This document shows, piece after piece, positions 53,117 to 62,496 of a DNA stretch of 64,000 nucleotides (the stretch's first letter is position 1; every line of letters starts with the position of its first letter). This DNA is from a bacterium (GTDB lineage Bacteria; Myxococcota_A; Bradymonadia; UBA7976; UBA1532): positions 172,016-236,015 of the forward strand of contig JAUHXC010000011.1 of NCBI GenBank assembly GCA_030427205.1, given 5' to 3'. The notes beneath the pieces were generated by a model, which had not been told where the DNA came from, made no database searches, and saw nothing but the letters and a program-made list of their open reading frames with translations. A program made the translations under genes and the position numbers.

Positions 53117-55354
53117 TCAGTTGCCCAGGCCCGAGCGCAAACCCTTGAGGATCTGGGTCACGTCGGCGGCGTACTCCCCCTGGGGGGCGAGCTGCAGATA
53201 GCGCTCGTAGGCCTTGATGGCCCCCGGGATGCGGCCCAGATTCTGGCGGGCGTCGGCCAGGATGAGCTGCACCTCGGCGTCGCTGCCGTCGATGCGCGAG
53301 GCCCGCTCGGCGGCTTCGAGCGCGTCGCGGATGCGGCCCTGCTCGATGAGCGCCTTGGCGTAGGCCAGCAGGCCCGCCTTGTTGGTCGGGGCCAGCGCCA
53401 GCCCCTGCTCGAGCGCGTCGCCGGCGGCCTTGTACTTGCCCTTCTTGTAGAGGGCCAGGCCCTCGGCGATGAGCGCGCGGGCGTCGCCGGCGGGCGCGTC
53501 GGCCTTCTCGGCGGCTTCTCTGGGGGCCTCTGCCGGCTTCGCGGCCGTGCCCGCAGAGGCCTTCGGCGTCGCGCCGGCCGGCCGCTCGGCCCGGGGCGCG
53601 GGCTCGACCTTCGCCGGCGCCGGATCGGCCGCCGGCGGGGCCTCTGGAGCCGCTGGCGGGGCCTCGGGGGCCGCCTCGGGGGCTGCCGCCTCGTCGAAGC
53701 TCGGCACCGCCGGCGTCGGGCCGCCGCCCGGCTCGCTGGGGATGCGCCACTCGCCGCCGATCGGGGCGACCTTGCCCACCGGCTCGGCGGCGGCGAGCAC
53801 CGCGCGATGCCAGCCGCCGTTGCGCGGGTTCTCGGGCAGCGGCATCGGCTCGACGACGTCGCGCAGGGCGAAGAAGAGCAGCGCCCCGATCACCGCCGCC
53901 CCGCCGATGCCCATGGCGATCCAGGCGATGCGCGGCAGCGGCTCGGTCAGCGGCTCGTCGTCGAAGAGCGGGTCGTCGGCCAGGGTCGCGTCGGCCACCG
54001 CGTCGCCGGCGTGGTCGAAGAAGGCGCCCTCGTGGTCGAGGTCGGCCACCGCGTCGGTCTCGGGCAGCGCCGGGAAGTCTTCGACCTCGGGCTCGGAGAC
54101 CTCGGGCTCGGGGGCCATGACCACCCGGGCCGGGGTCGCCTTCTCGCCCAGGGCGCCCCAGGTGGAGGGCGGCTCTTCGACGGGCGGCGCGGAGGGCTCG
54201 GCGGGCAGGTCGCGGGGGCGCTGCAGGTCGTGGGGGCGCTGCAGGTCGTGAGGGCGCTGCATCACCCGCCGCGGCTCGGGCGCCGGCTCGTCGTGCACCG
54301 CCGGGAAGCCCCCGCTGGCCCGCTCGAGCAGCGCGTCGGCCAGGCTCGGGGCCGGGCCGGCGTCGGGCAGGGTGCCGGTGCTCACCGCCGCGGTCTCGAT
54401 GCGCGGGCGGGCGTCCTCGGCGACCCGGATGATGCCTTCGAAGTAGAGCTGGCTCAAGAGCCCCAGCGCCACCAGATCGGGCAGGTCGGCGTCGTCGATG
54501 ACGTCGAGCGCGGTGCGCCGACCGTCGAACATGCGCAAGAGCGCGTTGGCCTCGTCGGGCAGCTCGGCGAGCCGGTCGGCGAGCTCTTCGTAGTCGACCT
54601 CGAAGACCGACTCGAGGCCCGGCAGCTGCTCGCAGATGCGGTTCCACTCGTCGAAGCGGCGCATGCCCTCCATGAGCAGGGCCGCGGTGGGCGGCTCGAG
54701 CACCGGCGGCCGCTGGGGCTCGCGGAAGTCGATCTCGAAGTCGCCCGTCTCCCAGGTCAGCGTGCGGTAGACCGCGTCGGCGCCGCCCTGGGTGCCGGTG
54801 CTGGCGTCGATGAGGTGCCCCTTGCGGAACCACAGCGTCGCGTGGTGCCCCGGCCGGTCGATGCGCACCGTGCCGCTCTTCTCGCCCACCGACATCGTCT
54901 GGATCAGGTCGACGACGCCCATGTCGCCCAGCGAGCCGAAGAAGCGCCGGCGGGCGGGGGCCTGCTCGGCCCGCAGCCGGGCCTGCTTCTGCAGGATGGT
55001 GCGCACCCGGGCGACGAGCTCGCGGGTGTAGATCGGGCGGGTGAGGTAGTCGTCGGCCCCCAGCTCGAGGCCGCGCACCTTGCTCTCGACGGTGTCGTCT
55101 TCCGAGAGGAAGAGAAAGGGCACCCGGCTCAGCCGCGGGTCCTGCTTGAGCCGCGCGCACAGCCCGAAGCCGTCGAGCACCGGCAGGGTCGTATCGGCGA
55201 TGATCAGATCGGGGGTCACCGCCGCGGCCCGGGTCAGCGCCGCCGCGCCGTCGGTCGCGGTGGTCACCGCGTGCCCCGCGTTGCGCAGCGAGACCTCCAT
55301 CACCCGCAGGTGCTGGAGGTCGTCGTCGACCAGCAGGATGTTCGGCTTCGCCAT
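53117..55354 (-). CDS. transmembrane response-regulator-like protein: receiver + DUF4388-like domain + TM + Pro/Ala-rich linker + TPR
   Basis: ILLVDDD...LIIADTTLPVLDG (REC); GDMGVVDLIQTMSVGEKSGTVRID...GDFEIDF; TM IAWIAMGIGGAAVIGALLFFAL; C-terminal TPR-like helices. Confidence 0.6.
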   Translation of the reverse strand: MAKPNILLVDDDLQHLRVMEVSLRNAGHAVTTATDGAAALTRAAAVTPDLIIADTTLPVLDGFGLCARLKQDPRLSRVPFLFLSEDDTVESKVRGLELGADDYLTRPIYTRELVARVRTILQKQARLRAEQAPARRRFFGSLGDMGVVDLIQTMSVGEKSGTVRIDRPGHHATLWFRKGHLIDASTGTQGGADAVYRTLTWETGDFEIDFREPQRPPVLEPPTAALLMEGMRRFDEWNRICEQLPGLESVFEVDYEELADRLAELPDEANALLRMFDGRRTALDVIDDADLPDLVALGLLSQLYFEGIIRVAEDARPRIETAAVSTGTLPDAGPAPSLADALLERASGGFPAVHDEPAPEPRRVMQRPHDLQRPHDLQRPRDLPAEPSAPPVEEPPSTWGALGEKATPARVVMAPEPEVSEPEVEDFPALPETDAVADLDHEGAFFDHAGDAVADATLADDPLFDDEPLTEPLPRIAWIAMGIGGAAVIGALLFFALRDVVEPMPLPENPRNGGWHRAVLAAAEPVGKVAPIGGEWRIPSEPGGGPTPAVPSFDEAAAPEAAPEAPPAAPEAPPAADPAPAKVEPAPRAERPAGATPKASAGTAAKPAEAPREAAEKADAPAGDARALIAEGLALYKKGKYKAAGDALEQGLALAPTNKAGLLAYAKALIEQGRIRDALEAAERASRIDGSDAEVQLILADARQNLGRIPGAIKAYERYLQLAPQGEYAADVTQILKGLRSGLGN

Positions 55355-55449
55355 CGAGGTCCCTTTCTGACGCCGACATATTGTGATGGCGGGGCGTCAG
55401 GGGCAAGGAAACCGCGTGCGCGAGGCGCGCCGGGTGACGCGCTGGCCCG

Positions 55450-57501
55450 TCAAGCGTCTTCGTCGCCCCCGCCGAGCAGCCCGAGCATCTGCCCGAAGCG
55501 GGAGCGGCCCTCCTGCTGCAGCGCCTCGCCGGTGAGCTCCGCGACTTTGCCGGTGCGGCCGCCTTCGAAGAGGTCGGGCGGGATCTCGTCGATGAAGCGG
55601 CTCGGGCGGCGGGCCTGGGTCCGGCCCCACTTGAGGCGCTTGCGGGCGGCGGTCAGCGTCAGCCGGCGCTTGGCCCGGGTGATGCCGACGTACATCAGCC
55701 GCCGCTCCTCGGCGATCTCGGCGGCGGTGGGCGGGGTGGCCTTCTCGCCCCGCGGGCGGCGGATGTTGGGCAAAAAGCCCTCTTCGCAGCCGACGAGATA
55801 CACCGCGGGGAACTCCAGCCCCTTCGAGCCGTGCAGCGTCATCAGGCTCACCTCGTCGGTGGCCTCTTCGCCCTCGTCTTTTTTGTTGTCGAGGCTCAGC
55901 CTGGCCAGGAAGTCGGCCAGGCTGCTCTGCGCATGGCGCGCGCGGAAGGCGTCGAGGGCGTCGGCGATCTCTTCGAGGTTGTCCATGCGCTGGTTGACCT
56001 TGCGCACGTTGTCGTCGAGCCGGGTCAGGTAGTTGCGAAAGCCGAGCGTGCTCACCAGCCGGCGGCAGATCTGGCCGAACTGCGCGCCGTCGGCGGCGAA
56101 CGCCCGGCGGTACTCGTCGACGAGCCCCGCCAGCGCGCTGAGGGTGTCGCGGGTCTTGCCCTTGAGCGCCGGGATCTGTTCGGGGGCCTCGACGAGCCTG
56201 AAGAACGGCACGTCCCGCTGGCGGGCGAGGTCGCCGATCTTGGTGATGGTGCGGTCGCCGATGCCCCGCGGCGGGTAGTTGACGATGCGCCGCCACGCCG
56301 ACTCGTCGTAGGGGTTGCCGATGACCCGCAGGTAGCCGACGAGGTCGCGCACCTCCTTGCGGTCGTAGAAGCGGGTGCCGCCGATGATGCGATAGGGGAT
56401 GTCGGCGGCGCGGATGGCCTCTTCGATGAGCCGGCTCTGGGCGTTGGTGCGGTAGAGCACCGCGAAGTCGGCCCAGTCCATGCGGTTGCGGTTGCGGGTG
56501 CGCAGCAGGTCGGTGGCGACGAAGTGGGCCTCGTCGTCGCCGTCGTCGGCGAGGCGATAGCGCAGCTTGTGGCCGTCGCCGTTCTCGCTCCACAGCGACT
56601 TGGCGTGGCGCACGGTGTTATTGCCGATGACCGCGTTGGCCGCCTTGAGGATGTTGTTCGTCGAGCGGTAGTTGCGGGTCAGCGCGATGATGCGCGCCCC
56701 GGGGAAGTGCTTGTCGAAGCCGAGGATGTTGGCCGCCACCGCGCCGCGGAACGCGTAGATCGACTGGTCGTCGTCGCCCACCACGCAGATGTTGGGTCGC
56801 GGCAGGCCGCGCACGAGCGCCTTGAGCATGCCCAGCTGCGCCAGGTTGGTATCCTGGTATTCGTCGACCATGATGTAGCTGAAGCGGCCCACCCAGCGGG
56901 CGGCGACCTCGGCCTTCTTCTGCAATATCCACCACGGGCGCACGATGAGGTCGTCGAAGTCGACGGCGTTCATCGCCCGCAGCCGCTGGGCGTAGGGGGC
57001 CATGACGTGGCTGACGACGGCGTCGAGCCCGCCGTGGGCCGCCTTGGGGCCCGAGAGGCGGCCTTTGAACCAGCTCAGCCGGCTGTGCACCGCTTTGGGC
57101 TCGTAGCGCTCGAGGTCGAAGCCTTTGTCCTTGAGCGCGGTGCGCACCGCGTCGATCTGGTCGCCTTCGTCGAGGATGGTGAAGCCCTTGGCCAGCCCCG
57201 CGGCGGCGAACTCTTCGCGCAGGAACCGCAGCCCCAGCGCGTGGAAGGTCGACAGCGCGGCGCCCTCGGCCCGCGGGCCGCAGAGCTGCTCGACGCGCTC
57301 CTTCATCTCGCCGGCGGCCTTGTTGGTGAACGACAGCGCCAGGATGCGCTGCGGCGCGACCCCACGCGCGAGCAGGTGCGCGATACGCATGGTGATGACC
57401 CGGGTCTTGCCCGAGCCGGCGCCGGCCAGCACCAAGAGCGGGCCCTCGGTGGTGACCACCGCCTGGTGCTGCTCGGGGTTGAGGCTGCTGAGGTCGATCA
57501 T
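55450..57501 (-). CDS. UvrD/Rep/PcrA-family ATP-dependent DNA helicase
   Basis: LNPEQHQAV, AGAGSGKT (Walker A), VDEYQDTN, ...helicase motifs IV-VI (LTLHGSKGLEFPAVYLVG). Confidence 0.85.
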   Translation of the reverse strand: MIDLSSLNPEQHQAVVTTEGPLLVLAGAGSGKTRVITMRIAHLLARGVAPQRILALSFTNKAAGEMKERVEQLCGPRAEGAALSTFHALGLRFLREEFAAAGLAKGFTILDEGDQIDAVRTALKDKGFDLERYEPKAVHSRLSWFKGRLSGPKAAHGGLDAVVSHVMAPYAQRLRAMNAVDFDDLIVRPWWILQKKAEVAARWVGRFSYIMVDEYQDTNLAQLGMLKALVRGLPRPNICVVGDDDQSIYAFRGAVAANILGFDKHFPGARIIALTRNYRSTNNILKAANAVIGNNTVRHAKSLWSENGDGHKLRYRLADDGDDEAHFVATDLLRTRNRNRMDWADFAVLYRTNAQSRLIEEAIRAADIPYRIIGGTRFYDRKEVRDLVGYLRVIGNPYDESAWRRIVNYPPRGIGDRTITKIGDLARQRDVPFFRLVEAPEQIPALKGKTRDTLSALAGLVDEYRRAFAADGAQFGQICRRLVSTLGFRNYLTRLDDNVRKVNQRMDNLEEIADALDAFRARHAQSSLADFLARLSLDNKKDEGEEATDEVSLMTLHGSKGLEFPAVYLVGCEEGFLPNIRRPRGEKATPPTAAEIAEERRLMYVGITRAKRRLTLTAARKRLKWGRTQARRPSRFIDEIPPDLFEGGRTGKVAELTGEALQQEGRSRFGQMLGLLGGGDEDA

Positions 57502-57544
57502 CGGGTGCGGGTCTGGGCTGGGGCGGTCGAGGCCACTGCGGGGA

Positions 57545-57967
57545 TCAAGGCCACTGGGGCGGCGGCGTATCGGCGTTCTGCACCTCGCGCTCCTCGATGA
57601 TGCGCCAGCGGGCCTCGACCTCCTGCCAGACCTGGGCGTAGGTCGCCCGGCGCACGGTGGTCTCGGGCATGCGGTACCAGCTCAGCGAGACGAGCACCTC
57701 GACGGTCTTCTCCTCGACGTCGGGCTTCTGCAGCCGCAGCACCTGGATGTCGGTGAAGTGCAGCCCCGCGGCGCTCGAGACGCGGCTCGCCAGCCACTCG
57801 GCGCGCTGCTCGATGGCGATGAAGGCCGAGGCGGCCTCGAAGCGGTTCCAGCGCAGGTGCTGGTTGTAGGTGCGTACGGCCTCCTTGAGGTCGATGCCCC
57901 GGTCGCGGGATCCGCAGCCGAGGCCCGGGACCGAGAGCAGGAGCGCCATCACGAGCAGCCAGCGCAT
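57545..57967 (-). CDS. hypothetical lipoprotein
   Basis: MRWLLVMALLLSVPGLGCG lipobox. Confidence 0.45.
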   Translation of the reverse strand: MRWLLVMALLLSVPGLGCGSRDRGIDLKEAVRTYNQHLRWNRFEAASAFIAIEQRAEWLASRVSSAAGLHFTDIQVLRLQKPDVEEKTVEVLVSLSWYRMPETTVRRATYAQVWQEVEARWRIIEEREVQNADTPPPQWP

Positions 57968-57970
57968 GTG

Positions 57971-59593
57971 TCAGCCCTTCTTGCGCTTGATGATGCGCAT
58001 CAGCCGTTCTTTGTCTTCGGCGCCGAACTCGCCGCTGATCACCAACAGCGCCAGGAAGCTCAGCCCGACGGCGGCGGCCACCGCCAGCGAGGCGATCTTG
58101 CCCATCGGCGGGATGAACAGGCCGGCGGCGACCAGCGCGCCGCCGATGGCCAGCACGCGGATGGTGGTCGACAGCGGCGCGGGCGCGCCATATTTGCGCC
58201 ACAACAGCGCCAGGCCGGTCACCAGCCCGAAGGCGAAGGCGATGAGGGTGCAGATGCCGGTGCGCTCGAGCAGGTCGTGCAGGCCCACCGCGCCGGGCAG
58301 GATCGCGTAGTAGAGGCCGGCGGCCAGCGCGATCGTCAGCAGGCCCACGATCATGGCCTGATCGGCCCGACCGGCCGACATCAGCAGCGTATTGACGATG
58401 TTGAAGAGGCTGAAGCAGAAGTAGGCCGGCGCGAGCCACGCGAGGGCGACGACGCCGTCGGCGAAGCTCGCGGGCAGGAGCCCGAAGACCGCCTCGGGCA
58501 CCGCGACGAGCACCACCGCCGCCGCCCCGACGAGGATCATCGAGTAGCGCAGCGTCTGGCGGATGTAGAGCCGGGTGCGCTCGCGGTCCTGAGCGAAGGT
58601 GGCCTCGCTGACCATGGGGAAGACGACGAAGGTGATGGCGATGGTCGCCTGCCACGGCACCCGGCTGATGTTGAGCGCGAGGCCATAGGTGCCGACGAGG
58701 CCGTCGGCGCTGACCTCGACGGCGCGGCCGCGGATCCACTCGAAGAGCGCGCCGCCGCCCAGCAGCCACTCGGCGCTCTGGTACATGTCGACCGCCAGCG
58801 GCTTGAGCATCACCACGTCGAGCTTGAAGATGAAGTTGAAGACGAGGGTGTAGCCCATCACCCAGGCGGCGAAGGTGTAGAGCCCCTTCGCCCGCGGGCC
58901 GTCGGGCAGGTCGCGGCCGACGCGCCAGATGGCGACCGCCATGATGATCAGCGCGGCGGTGGCGAAGCCGCTGAACGCGCCGATGACCCCCAACCCGGCG
59001 ACGGCGAGGCCCAGCACCAGCGAGGCCTTGAGGGTGGTGAAGCCGATGTCGAAAAGGGCCTGACGGAAGAACTGTTTCCGGCCGTTGAGCGTGCCGATGT
59101 AGACGGTGTAGATGCCGTACGCGAAGAGGATGAGCCCCGCGGCGCGGTAGCCGTCGACCAGCTCGGGGTTGCTGCGCGAGGCGGCGATCTGCGGCGCGAG
59201 CAGGATGAAGCCGCCGGCGACGAGGGTGCCGACGACCAGCATCATGTTGCGGGTCTGGCGCACGACCCCGCCCGGCGCGCCGGGGCGCTCGCTGACGAAG
59301 CGGGCCACCGACTGCATCACGCCGGTGACCATCACCATGCTCAGGATCGACAGGGTGTTGTTGAGGTCGATGTACTGCCCGTAGAGCGCCCGTCCGTCGG
59401 CGCCGTCGCCGTAGAACAGGTCGCTGCCGAAGATATAGGGCAGCCCGAAGTTGATGGCGACGCCGCCGACCATGAACCACAGCTTGGCGGCGGTGATGAC
59501 CAAAAAGCCGCGGCCGGCGGTGGCCGCGTCGTCCCGTTCGGGGGCGGCGGTCGGCTCGGGCGGGCTGTCGGGGGCCGCGGAGGGCTCGGACAT
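57971..59593 (-). CDS. polysaccharide biosynthesis/export protein (MOP-superfamily flippase, Wzx-like)
   Basis: Internal start MSEPSAAPD (cat 59591..59593); about 12-14 hydrophobic helices; pattern typical of oligosaccharide flippases. Confidence 0.55.
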   Translation of the reverse strand: MSEPSAAPDSPPEPTAAPERDDAATAGRGFLVITAAKLWFMVGGVAINFGLPYIFGSDLFYGDGADGRALYGQYIDLNNTLSILSMVMVTGVMQSVARFVSERPGAPGGVVRQTRNMMLVVGTLVAGGFILLAPQIAASRSNPELVDGYRAAGLILFAYGIYTVYIGTLNGRKQFFRQALFDIGFTTLKASLVLGLAVAGLGVIGAFSGFATAALIIMAVAIWRVGRDLPDGPRAKGLYTFAAWVMGYTLVFNFIFKLDVVMLKPLAVDMYQSAEWLLGGGALFEWIRGRAVEVSADGLVGTYGLALNISRVPWQATIAITFVVFPMVSEATFAQDRERTRLYIRQTLRYSMILVGAAAVVLVAVPEAVFGLLPASFADGVVALAWLAPAYFCFSLFNIVNTLLMSAGRADQAMIVGLLTIALAAGLYYAILPGAVGLHDLLERTGICTLIAFAFGLVTGLALLWRKYGAPAPLSTTIRVLAIGGALVAAGLFIPPMGKIASLAVAAAVGLSFLALLVISGEFGAEDKERLMRIIKRKKG

Positions 59594-59737
59594 GGCGTAT
59601 TTCCGGGGGGTGGCGCGTGGGCGGACGATACGGAATCGGATCGGGGCTGACAAGAGGTAGGTAGATGTGGGTTCAACCGGGCGGCGGGCGCAATGCTACG
59701 GATGGCGCTCGTCGGGCCGAGCCCGCACCGTGGGGCC

Positions 59738-60871
59738 ATGCGCCGCCCGCTCGTCATCGCCTGCGCCCTGGGCCTCGCCGCCGTCGCCCTCGCCGCCCGC
59801 GTCGATCGGCCCGCGGCGGAAGACGGGCCGGGGCCGTGGGGTGTGCGCACGCTGCCCGATGGGGCCGATGGCTGGCGGGTGCGCTGGCAGGGCGCGGCGG
59901 CAGGCACGGCGGCGGACGGACAGGCGGGGCTGCGGGTCGCGGCGGGCGCGGTGAGCATCGGCGCGACCCGCATGGTGCTGCCGCCGCGGCCCGGGCCGTG
60001 CGCGCCGCTGCGCTTCGTGGTGCTCGGCGACGGCCGCGCGGCGGTGGACGGGATCGGGCCGTCGGCGTACTGGCCGGGCATCCTCGACGAGGCGCTGGCC
60101 CTGCGGCCGGCGTTCGTCGTCAATACCGGCGATCTGGTGAAGAACGGCGACGCCCCGGGCGAGTGGCCGGCCTATCTGCGCAGCCTGCCGCCCTGGCCGC
60201 CGATCATCGCGGTGCGCGGCAATCACGACCGCGGCCCGGCTTTCTACGATCTGGGGCTGGCGCCCGACACCGTCTTCGGTCACCGGCTGGGCCCGGTCTA
60301 TCTGGTGGGCCTGGACACCGAGCTGCGCGACGGGGCCTTCGACGCGGCGCTGGCGCGCGTCGAGCGGCTCTTCGAAGGGCCCGAGGCGCAGCGGGCGACG
60401 TGGCGCATCCTGGCGCTGCATCGGCCGGTCTGGAGCCGCGGCAACCACGGCAGCGACGAGCGGCGGGTCAATGATCGGCTGGTGCCGCTGATCGATCGGC
60501 TGGGCTTCGACGCGGTCTTCGCCGGGCACGACCATCACTACGAGCGGTTCTGCCCGTCGCTGGGCCACGGCGCCGACCGCCGCTGCGCGCCGCCGGGGCA
60601 GGGGGTGCTGTATGTGGTCACGGGCGGCGCGGCGACCTATACCAACCCGGTGCCGGGGGTCTCGCAGAAGGTGGACGATGCCGTCGCGGCGGTCGACGAG
60701 GCGCACAGCCGGGTCTTTTCGGGCAGCAAGCACGTCGTCGAGGTCGAGGTCGACCTGCAGCGGCTCTCGCTGACCGCGCGCCGCACCCGCACCGGCAACC
60801 TGCGGCCCGCGGCGGTGATCGACCGCTTCTCGGCGCCCGCCCGCCGCCGGCCACCGACCGCGTGTCGATGA
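59738..60871 (+). CDS. secreted calcineurin-like metallophosphoesterase
   Basis: Start MRRPLVIACALGLAAVALAA (signal peptide); GDLVKNGD, RGNHD, GHDHHYERF metal-binding motifs. Confidence 0.65.
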   Translation: MRRPLVIACALGLAAVALAARVDRPAAEDGPGPWGVRTLPDGADGWRVRWQGAAAGTAADGQAGLRVAAGAVSIGATRMVLPPRPGPCAPLRFVVLGDGRAAVDGIGPSAYWPGILDEALALRPAFVVNTGDLVKNGDAPGEWPAYLRSLPPWPPIIAVRGNHDRGPAFYDLGLAPDTVFGHRLGPVYLVGLDTELRDGAFDAALARVERLFEGPEAQRATWRILALHRPVWSRGNHGSDERRVNDRLVPLIDRLGFDAVFAGHDHHYERFCPSLGHGADRRCAPPGQGVLYVVTGGAATYTNPVPGVSQKVDDAVAAVDEAHSRVFSGSKHVVEVEVDLQRLSLTARRTRTGNLRPAAVIDRFSAPARRRPPTACR

Positions 60872-61173
60872 GCGAGGACGGCACGGTCGAGGTGCGCCTG
60901 GGCGATGATCCGCCGCTGCGGGTAGCCCGCGGACGGCGGGTCTTCGGGGTCGTCATCGAGGCCGGCCGGCCCATCGGTCGGGCGTGCCGCGGGGCGGGGG
61001 TCTGTCTGGCCTGCGGGGTCTGGGTCACCGGCCCGATGAGCCCGATCGGCGAGGACGAGGCGGCCCTGATCGCCCGCCGCGCTGGCCCTACGGCGCGCGG
61101 CGCGGCCCGCTGGCGCATCGCCTGCCTGGCCCGCATCGCCGGCGACGTGCGCGTGGACACCGACTATTGGTGA
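60862..61173 (+). CDS. small [2Fe-2S] ferredoxin-like protein
   Basis: C-x4-C-x2-C ... C pattern (CRGAGVCLACGV ... IACLARI); overlaps upstream gene by 10 bp. Confidence 0.4.
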   Translation: MSMSEDGTVEVRLGDDPPLRVARGRRVFGVVIEAGRPIGRACRGAGVCLACGVWVTGPMSPIGEDEAALIARRAGPTARGAARWRIACLARIAGDVRVDTDYW

Positions 61174-61183
61174 TACGGCGCGG

Positions 61184-61639
61184 TCAGCCGGCCGTGGCGT
61201 CGAACTCGGCGGCGGGCACCCGCGCCACCCGGCTCCAGTACCAGGCGACGTCGCGGATGACGTCGACGAAGCGGGCGAAGCGAATCGGCTTGCAGATGTA
61301 GGTGTTGGCGCCGAGGGCGTAGGCGGTGCCGATGTCGTCCTGGCGGGCCGAGGTGGTCAGCATCAGCACCGGGATCGACTGCAGGACCGGGTCGCGCTTG
61401 ACGGTGCGCAGCACCTCGATGCCGTTGAGCTTGGGCAGGTTGATGTCGAGCAGCACCAGGTCGGGGCGCTCGGCGTCGGCGTAGGGCGGCCGGCGGAAGA
61501 GGCGGTCGACGGCCTCCTGCCCGTCGCGGGCCACCTGGATCTTCGCCGCGAGCCCGCCTTTCTTGATCGCGCGCCGGGTGATGCGCACGTCGTTGTCGTC
61601 GTCTTCGGCGAGCAGGATGTGGATCGGGCGGTCGCTCAT
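61184..61639 (-). CDS. single-domain CheY-like response regulator
   Basis: Internal start MSDRPIHILLAEDDDNDV (cat 61637..61639); DLVLLDINLPKLNG, ...MLTTS..., K at YICKP. Confidence 0.8.
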   Translation of the reverse strand: MSDRPIHILLAEDDDNDVRITRRAIKKGGLAAKIQVARDGQEAVDRLFRRPPYADAERPDLVLLDINLPKLNGIEVLRTVKRDPVLQSIPVLMLTTSARQDDIGTAYALGANTYICKPIRFARFVDVIRDVAWYWSRVARVPAAEFDATAG

Positions 61640-61846
61640 ATGCCGGGCATCATACTCGGGGCGCCGGATGAATCCCACGGGCGCCGGCGAGCGGGCCGCG
61701 AGAAAAGAGTGCGCGGGCCGCGGTAACCGCCCCCGGCCGAAGGGCGTATCAAGAAGTATGAAGGGCCTCGAACAGGGAATGCCGCCGACCGGGCCCTGGT
61801 TTCCGACCGTGCCGCGAATCACCGCCCGAACCGAAGGGAGAACGCC

Positions 61847-62467
61847 ATGAGCACCCCCACCGCCCGAGACGATCGTCAGCACGAGGCGCAGCTCCTGCAG
61901 CGGGCCCGGGCCGGCGACGAGGCCGCCTTCGCCGAGCTGGTCAGTCCACTCAGAGAGCGCATCTACTGGCGCGCGGCCAAAGCCGTCGGCGACCTCGACG
62001 AGGCCGAGGACGTCACCCAGGAGACCCTGATGCGGGCCTTCACCCGGCTCGAGACGTTCCGCGGGGACGCCCGGTTCAGCTCGTGGCTGTACATGGTGGG
62101 CAGCAACTGCATCCGCATGCACCTGCGCACCCGCCGCCGCAAGGGCGCGCAGCGCATGGACGACCACCTGCCCGAGATCGAGCGCAACGAGGTGCTGGTG
62201 ACCGACGCCGCGCCCACGCTGCCGCCCGACGAGATGGCGATGAGCATGGAGCTCGCCGAGGCGCTCGCCGACGCCATCTCGAATCTGCCGCCGCAGTATG
62301 GCAGCATCCTGCGGCTGTGGGTCGAGGACGGCCTCGACCTCAAGCAGATCCACGAGCGGTCGGGTCTGTCGATCGCCGCGATCAAGTCCCGGCTGCACCG
62401 GGCCCGCCGCCGGCTGCGCAACTCCATCGAGGCCGAGTTCGGCGCGGGGGCGTTGCTGGCCGCCTGA
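61847..62467 (+). CDS. ECF RNA polymerase sigma factor
   Basis: Region 2 (EDVTQETLMRAFTRL) and region 4 (LDLKQIHERSGLSIAAIKSRLHRARRRLR). Confidence 0.75.
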   Translation: MSTPTARDDRQHEAQLLQRARAGDEAAFAELVSPLRERIYWRAAKAVGDLDEAEDVTQETLMRAFTRLETFRGDARFSSWLYMVGSNCIRMHLRTRRRKGAQRMDDHLPEIERNEVLVTDAAPTLPPDEMAMSMELAEALADAISNLPPQYGSILRLWVEDGLDLKQIHERSGLSIAAIKSRLHRARRRLRNSIEAEFGAGALLAA

Positions 62468-62496
62468 CGGGCCCCGCCCGAGGAGGTCCCCCGCCC

